Shown here: positions 34,530-64,000 of the stretch, piece by piece
Layout: each line of letters begins with the position of its first letter
Numbering within the stretch: position 1 is the first letter of the stretch
From: Chrysomallon squamiferum
Taxonomy: Eukaryota; Animalia; Mollusca
Reading direction: 5' to 3'
Assembly (NCBI GenBank): GCA_012295275.1
Contig: CM022678.1
Span: forward strand, 4,030,001-4,094,000
DNA: 64,000 nucleotides
Made by a program: the position numbers and the translations under genes
The notes under the pieces: model-generated
Databases searched by the model: none
What the model saw: only the letters and a program-made list of their open reading frames with translations
Told to the model about the DNA's origin: nothing

Positions 34530-34645
34530 ATGTTCTCACATGACGTCACACTGTACCAAGGAGACATAACAACGAAACCTGATACAAGGAAGGTTTTTGA
34601 CTCCACAGTTAAACAGATCATTTACGTATTTTACGCGATTGGTTG
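34530..34645 (-). promoter_or_regulatory. Gene A candidate promoter (CRE + CCAAT)
   Basis: TGACGTCA 34541-34548 and ATTGG 34638-34642, about 80 and 175 bp upstream of ATG 34463; conserved in the gene B copy. Confidence 0.5.
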
Positions 34646-34718
34646 AGCAATAACAATGTAGCAGTTGAACAGAGAGATAATAAAAAATTAAAAGAAGAAT
34701 AAAATAATCAAATCTCCT

Positions 34719-35245
34719 GACTAATGTACTGATATTTACTCACTAATGTACTAATATTTACTCACTAATGTACTGATATTTACTCACTAATGTACTGATA
34801 TTTACTCACTAATGTACTGATATTTACTCACTAATGTACTGATATTTACTGACTAATGTACTGATATTTACTGACTAATGTACTGATATTTACTGACTAA
34901 TGTACTGATATTTACTGACTAATGTACTGATATTTACTCACTAATGTACTGATATTTACTGACTAATGTACTGATATTTACTCACTAATGTACTGATATT
35001 TACTCACTAATGTACTGATATTTACTCACTAATGTACTGATATTTACTCACTAATGTACTGATATTTACTGACTAATGTACTGATATTTACTCACTAATG
35101 TACTGATATTTACTGACTAACGTACTAACATTTACTGACTAAGGTACTGATATTTACTGACTAACGTACTAACATTTACTGACTAAGGTACTGATATTTA
35201 CTGACTAACGTACTAACATTTACTCACTAATGTACTGATATTTAT
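34719..35245. repeat. 22-bp tandem repeat, ~24 copies
   Basis: Unit CTAATGTACTGATATTTACT(C/G)A, highly homogeneous, no spacers. Confidence 0.95.
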
Positions 35246-36363
35246 CGAGTAATGTAGTAACTGTTAATGACAAATGTACTTGTATAAAAATAGGAATTTG
35301 CCGAATAATATACAGAAATTTACTAATGTACTAATATTTGCTTAGTAAACAATTGTAATTTACGGATTAATGTACTAATATTTACAGATAGTCGCAGATT
35401 GTAATTTACAGATTATTGTACTAATATTTACAGATAGTCGCAGATTGTAATTTACTGATTAACAGACCATGACGTGCTGACTGCTTTGCTGTTTCAAGTT
35501 CTCATAGACACACTAATACAGTTTCAAAACGTTGAGGAGATAATTACTTATTGTAATCAGGTAACACAATACCTATCCTTCTAGACCGTGTGACAAATCA
35601 GACAAAACCTGTGATCTATGACCTTTTGTCATACAAAGTGTTATTTCAAAACGAAAGGTTAATCTAAGCCAACGGGGTAACTTTAATATCGGTTTGCGTG
35701 TTCATATTCAATCACTGACCCATAAAGAACTTTAATGTGTGAATGTATTTCAGGATTAGAATATTCTCTGACTTATGTTCACTAGAATAGACTCTGCACA
35801 TAGACAGTATTCCAATCTCGAGCTCAGAAACCCTGATAATTGCTTCTGATGACATTTGAAGACCATCAAGACGGTCTTAAGAAAGATTGCTCAAATAACC
35901 GAGCATAATCATCGTTTTAATTATTATTATTATTACATTTAGACACAGAGCCCTATTAGGCGATATAAAATCATTTTAATTACGTAATTGTATGTGGTCT
36001 GAAATTATATATATATAATCAAACGAATTAAATTATATACATAATGTGCACAATATTATTGTAATTATAAAAAACAACAACAAAAGAAGAAGAAGAAACA
36101 AGAAAGAAAAGAAATAAACACATCTCTTATTTACGAATATGTTAAAATACATAAACACAGCATAACTAAATAATAATTTACATTTATAAACACGAAACAG
36201 TTCTAAAATCACTAGGGTGTTAAATACATTTTATTTAGTAAACATTTAACTGCACAGTAAACATGATAAAAAGCTTTTTTTCATCCCTCTTTATACATTA
36301 ATATGACCGCCATTGATAGGGCAGTTTTGCAGACTATTTCTCTCTCTCTCTCTCTCTTTTTAG

Positions 36364-36670
36364 ATCAACGAGAGTCCATCCAGTTCGTGCTTACATTCCA
36401 GTGCAGAGTTTGGAAGATGACATTTTAACCTGCGGAGTTTGCTTTGAAAAATACCGAAGTAATCGGAGCAGTTCACGGTATCCACGGTTACTAAACTGTC
36501 AACACACATTTTGTGTTGGTTGTTTACGTCGCTCTTTATCAGGTTCCACAATCGTCTGTCCAGTTTGCCGTCAAGTTACGTCAGTAGTTCAGGTAGACAC
36601 GTTAAAGGAAGACAGAACCGCCCTTGACCTTTTGCAGAAGATTAAAACTAACGAGAGTTTGTTCTATTAA
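36364..36670 (+). CDS. Copy D: inverted orphan RING-HC exon (intact ORF, intact phase-2 acceptor)
   Basis: (ct)n ttttag|A TCA ACG AGA GTC CAT...; CGVC..CQHTFCVGC..CPVC, nearly identical to the gene C RING. A short deletion removes the original stop, giving the new end KIKTNESLFY*. No TM exon seen upstream on +. Confidence 0.55.
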
Positions 36671-38184
36671 ACAGAGATTAACACGCATCGGATTTGAGAA
36701 GAATAGTTTTGGCTTTGAAAGGGAATAATGTTAGGAAATGAAAATTAATATAAATAACTAAAACAGTAAAGATCATCATTGACAATTAAGAAAATATACT
36801 TTTTAGGTGATTGTATTGAGACAAGCTGAAAGTGCGCGCTGACTGTCAAATCATTACATTCAGAATACGTGATTTCAAGTGACAAGATTTAGAATATGGT
36901 ATTTTCAAATGAGTAAATTCAAGAAATCTAGTAATCAAACATTACACACAGAAAACATGAATATTTAACTGATATATCAAGAAGAAATGATTACCAGTGA
37001 CTACATTTAGAAAAGTGACTTTCTAGTCACTGAATTCACAAAACGTGATTTAAGAAATTTAATAATTACATTAAAAAAAAAAATAACAATAAAAACCAAT
37101 CCCCAACTGACTACATTCAGATTTATTAGTCACGTGATCAAGAAAACAAGATTAACAATATTCAGAAACAGTGTTTATCCGTGACTTATTTAAGAAAACG
37201 TGATTATCGTTGACTACTTTTAGAAACGTGATTATCCGGGAGTTATTTCAGAAAACGTAACGATCCATGATTTATTTCAGAGGACGTTATTATCAGTAAT
37301 TTCTTTAAAAAAATATGTTTATCAGAAAACGTGATTTGAGGGCAATTTATGAAAAATGATATTAAGTGATCAAATACAATGGGCAGATAAATTACTGATA
37401 AAAGTATCTTCACTGAAATAAATGAGAGTTTTCTCCCTTCTTTTTTTTATAATAATATTGTTCTCTCTTAATTTTATATATAAGAAAATAATACATAAAT
37501 ATAAATATAAATATAAATAAGTAAATAGCCGAGAGTTATTCACTTAGCTCGTATTATTATTATTATTATTATTATTACTGATTTATTGCTGTATTCATTT
37601 ATTGAAGAACATATTTCGTGGAATATTTTAATACGGCTATTACATAAATACATTTTCTTGACTTCAAGGAGTAGTAATACTAAAAGATCCTGTAAACAGA
37701 TTTGTGTTTCTTAATCATTATTATTTTGTTTTTACATATATCCATATATACACATGTTCTATCTGTAGATATATATGATAGCGTGGATGCCTAGGAAGAT
37801 ATAGTTTTAAATGTTCTGAAATTTTAATAGATAAACTAAATCAGTTAATGGAATTTAATTATGTTGACTGTAGCAACAACAAGACCGAAACAAGAATAAG
37901 GCAAAAAAAAAAACAAAAAAAAAAAAAAAAAAAGAAAAAAAAAGAAAATAAACGCATACAGAAGAGAAGAAAAATAGATAAAATAATGAAAAACAAATAA
38001 TAAAAATAACCCAAAGAAAAGCCATCCCCCCCCTCAAAAAAAAAATAAAATAAAAAAAAAAAAAAAAAAAAAAAACATAAAAATAATAAAATACAATTAC
38101 AATCAGGAAATGATTGAATAAATAAGGTAATTCACGAAGCAAATTTTATTTTCAACTCAGACTCATATTCACAAACCAATAAAA

Positions 38185-38258
<74 letters not shown>

Positions 38259-38601
38259 TTATTATTAAAAGCTACCAAAAAAATGAAAAACTAAACACAT
38301 AAAAGAAAATCTGTCTGTCTATACTTAAAGACAAATGAAAGCCATACACACACTTATTAAACAAACATATATAACATTCATAATGTTAGAGATTACAATC
38401 ATGAATATCATCTTCTTTGGGTGCATTTTGTTATGTTAAACCACTGGCTTGTGAATTTGACATGTTTCTTTTATTTTGAACTATCCTCTGCTAGATGTTT
38501 TACTTTTCAGCAGCCTATTCTGTTCATTCTTCACTGGTTTTCCTCTGTACGTGAGTGGATAAATAAGATAAAACATGGAGACATCTGAAGACTGAAAACC
38601 A

Positions 38602-50119
<11,518 letters not shown>

Positions 50120-50189
50120 AATTATTAGCGACCACTACACAAATAAAATCCTGATACAAACTATCTGTTATACAGAGTAATGTATAATT

Positions 50190-50305
50190 TTCTCACATGA
50201 CGTCACACTGTACCAAGGAGACATAATAACGAAATCTGATACAAGGAAGTCTATTCGCCTCCACAGTTAAACAGATCATTTACATATTTTACGTGATTGG
50301 TTGAG
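50190..50305 (-). promoter_or_regulatory. Gene B candidate promoter (CRE + CCAAT)
   Basis: TGACGTCA 50198-50205 and ATTGG 50296-50300 upstream of ATG 50119. Confidence 0.5.
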
Positions 50306-51566
50306 CAATAACAATGTGGCAGTTGAACAGAGAGAAAATAAAAAATTAAAAGAAGAATAAAATAATCAAATCTCCTGAATATCTGACTCGTCACAGATTT
50401 GTGAGACAACAGAGTTGAAATGGATTGACTTACTGATTAAACTTAGCAAATAATAAATTACTTAGAAAATAACAGAGGTAAGAATAAATAGACTGGAATA
50501 TACTTTTTACTGAATAACGTATTTATATTTACTGATCAATGTACTAAAATATAGTATTAATGCACTGAAATGTACTGACTAATATACTTGTATTTGCTGA
50601 CTACTGTTCTTATATTTACTAACATTTGTTCATTAGTCAGAAACATTTGTCAGTAAGTATTAGTACTAGTATTTACTGACTAATGTTATATTTATTGACT
50701 AATGTACTAGAATTTACTGACTAATGTAGTAATATGTATTGACTAAAGTACTGATATTTACCGACTAATGCATTAATATTTACTCACTAATGTAGTAATA
50801 TTTACTGACTTATGTAGTAACAGTTAATGACAAATGTACTTATATAAAAATAGGAATTCAAATTTGATGAATAATATACAGAAATTTACCAATGTAGTAA
50901 TATTTGATTAGTAAGAAACTGAAATTTAGTGAGTAATGTACTAATATTTGCTTAGTAAACTATTGAAATTTACAGATTAATGTACTAATATTTACAGATA
51001 GTCGCAGATTGTAATTTACTGGTTAACGTACTAATATTTACAGATAGTCGCAGATTGTAATTTACTGATTAATGTACTAATATTTACAGATAGTTGCAGA
51101 TTGTAATTTACTGATTAACAGACCATGACGTGCTGACTGCTTGGCTGTTTGAAATTCTCATTGACACACTAATACAGTTTTAAATTGCTGAGGAGGTAAA
51201 CACTTATTGTAATCAGGTAACAGGAAACCTGTTCTTCTAGAACGTGAGACAAATGAGACGAAACCAGTGACCTATGAACTTTTGTCATACAAAGTGTTAT
51301 TTCAAAACGATAGACTAATCTAAGCGAGCGGGGTAACTTTAATATCGGTTTGCTTGTTCGTATTCAATCACTGACGCATAAAGAACTTTAATGAGTGTAT
51401 GTATTTCAGGATTTGAATATTCTCTGTCTTATGTTCACTAGAAAAGACTCTGCCCATAGACAGTATTCCAATCTCGAGCTCAGAAACCCCGATAGATGCT
51501 TCTGATGACACTTGAAGGCCATCGAAACTGTTTTAAGAAAGATTGCTTAAATAACCGAGCATAATG

Positions 51567-51611
<45 letters not shown>

Positions 51612-51696
51612 CTATTAGACGATATAAAATGATTTTAATTACGTAATTGTTTGTGGTGTAAAATTATATATTTCAAGCACAGGAGATTATTTTTGA

Positions 51697-51746
<50 letters not shown>

Positions 51747-52133
51747 TGTTTTTTAATATATATTTATATAAATGAATTGAAGACATTCGAAGATACATCA
51801 TTATTTAATCAAACGAATTAAATTATATAAATAATGTGCACAATATGATTGTAATTATAAAACACAAAAACACCAAAAGAAGAAGAAAAGAAGAAAAAAG
51901 AAAGAAAAGAAATAAACACGTCTCTTATTTACGAATATGTTAAAATACATAAACACAGCATAACTAAATAATAATTTACATTTATAAATTAGAAACAGTT
52001 ATAAAATCACTAAAGTATTATGTACATTTTATTTAGTAAACACTTAACTACACAACAAATATGATAAAAAGCGTCGAAAGTTAAATCTAAATATTAATAT
52101 TTGTTTATAGTGAAATAGATAATAATAAGAACA

Positions 52134-52186
<53 letters not shown>

Positions 52187-52670
52187 CAATAAATAAATAA
52201 ATAAATAAAACCAAGAAGTGATAAATATAAAACAAAAAACATATATCTTGTTTACTAACATATTAAAATACATGAACACGGCATTACTAAATGATAATAA
52301 TACATTTATAAACAAGAAACAGTTACAAAATCATCACACTGTTATATATATTTTATTTAGTAAACATTTAACTGCACAACAAACGTGGCAAAAAGTGTCG
52401 AAAGTTAAATCTAAATATTAATATTTGTTTATAGTGAAATAGAAAATAATATAAATAATATAAATAATAATAATAATAATAAATAAAGAAATAAAGAAAG
52501 AAAGAAAGAAAGAAAGAAAAAGAAAAAGGAAGTAAAGAAAAATGAATAAATAATAATAATAATAATAATAATAATGATAATAATAAAAAGAAGAAGAAGA
52601 AGAAGAATGTAACTAACTAACTAAATAAATAAATAAAACCAAGTAGTAAAGAAAAAATATATAAATAATC

Positions 52671-52703
<33 letters not shown>

Positions 52704-52843
52704 CAGATAAATAAATAATAAATAAGTAAGTAATAAACTAATAAACCAAAAGTTAATAAATAAATAATAAAAATAAATAAATAAAGGAAAAGGAAAATAG
52801 ATAAATAATTAAAAAAAAGAAAGAAAGCAAAATATTTATATAA

Positions 52844-52874
<31 letters not shown>

Positions 52875-53011
52875 ATATACAATAATGAACGTTTTTCACT
52901 TTAAAGAATGTATATTAATTGTCATTTTCTAACATTATTCCCTTTCAAAGCCAAAACCATTCTTCTCAAATCGGATGCGAATTAATCTCTGTTTAATAGA
53001 ACAAACTCTCG

Positions 53012-63659
<10,648 letters not shown>

Positions 63660-64000
63660 GTTTCGTGGGAAGCGATGATTACGACGATGACATTCATGTA
63701 GAAAGGATATTTTAGAAAGTCAGAAATGTAAATATTTCGCGGTTCAGTATTTTTCTTTTAGCAAGTTATAGTTTTCTTCAGCCTTCAGATATAATCTTAG
63801 TGCTAGTAAAGGCTCTATAATAATAAAGATGACTTGTTGAGAGCTCTTTCCTCCTAAAAGTAATTTATTATGTTAAGAACTCATGGGCAAAACTGGATGG
63901 AGAATGAAACACAGTGTACAGTACTTACAGGAGTTACATACAGTGTAGTGTTTGGTGATGTGAATGTAAATGGAGCAGAAGTTGAATTATAAGTTGAATT

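Larger units (their letters stand above)
33945..36270. repeat. Segmental duplicate of ~49630-52070 (gene B signal-peptide exon, promoter and upstream region)
   Basis: Long collinear identity, e.g. ttagaacaaatctcagtgagtccataattattag, catgacgtcacactgtaccaaggagacata, cagtattccaatctcgagctcagaaacc. Confidence 0.92.

Noticed and set aside
34719-35245. CRISPR-like appearance of the 22-bp array (and the 24-bp array at 20623-21063)
   Set aside because: Units are contiguous with no unique spacers, there are no cas genes, and the context is eukaryotic.

Overview
AT-rich, microsatellite-dense animal DNA, probably lophotrochozoan/molluscan (inferred from repeat content and gene families). Almost all ORFs in the supplied track are simple-repeat artefacts; the real genes are spliced and were rebuilt by hand from GT-AG junctions and intron phases. 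Left half: a small orphan Lys/Pro/Glu-rich gene (2.7-3.9 kb, +) and a two-finger GATA4/5/6-type transcription factor (10.9-29.3 kb, +) with an apparent 1-nt frameshift, a degenerate N-finger tail, uORFs, GATA-site clusters and an inverted repeat pair around its first coding exon. Right half (30-64 kb), the main result: a rearranged minus-strand cluster of predicted single-pass receptor-type E3 ubiquitin ligases. They share a [phase-1 | TM exon | phase-2 | RING-HC exon] cassette but carry different ectodomains. Gene B is signal peptide + 5 group-A SRCR + TM + RING (13 exons, ~714 aa). Gene C is signal peptide + 5 CUB-like + TM + RING (18 exons, ~733 aa). Gene A is a chimeric copy with no ectodomain and an Asp in its TM. 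There is also an inverted orphan RING exon and a decayed RING remnant. All models come from sequence alone and need RNA-seq and database confirmation.
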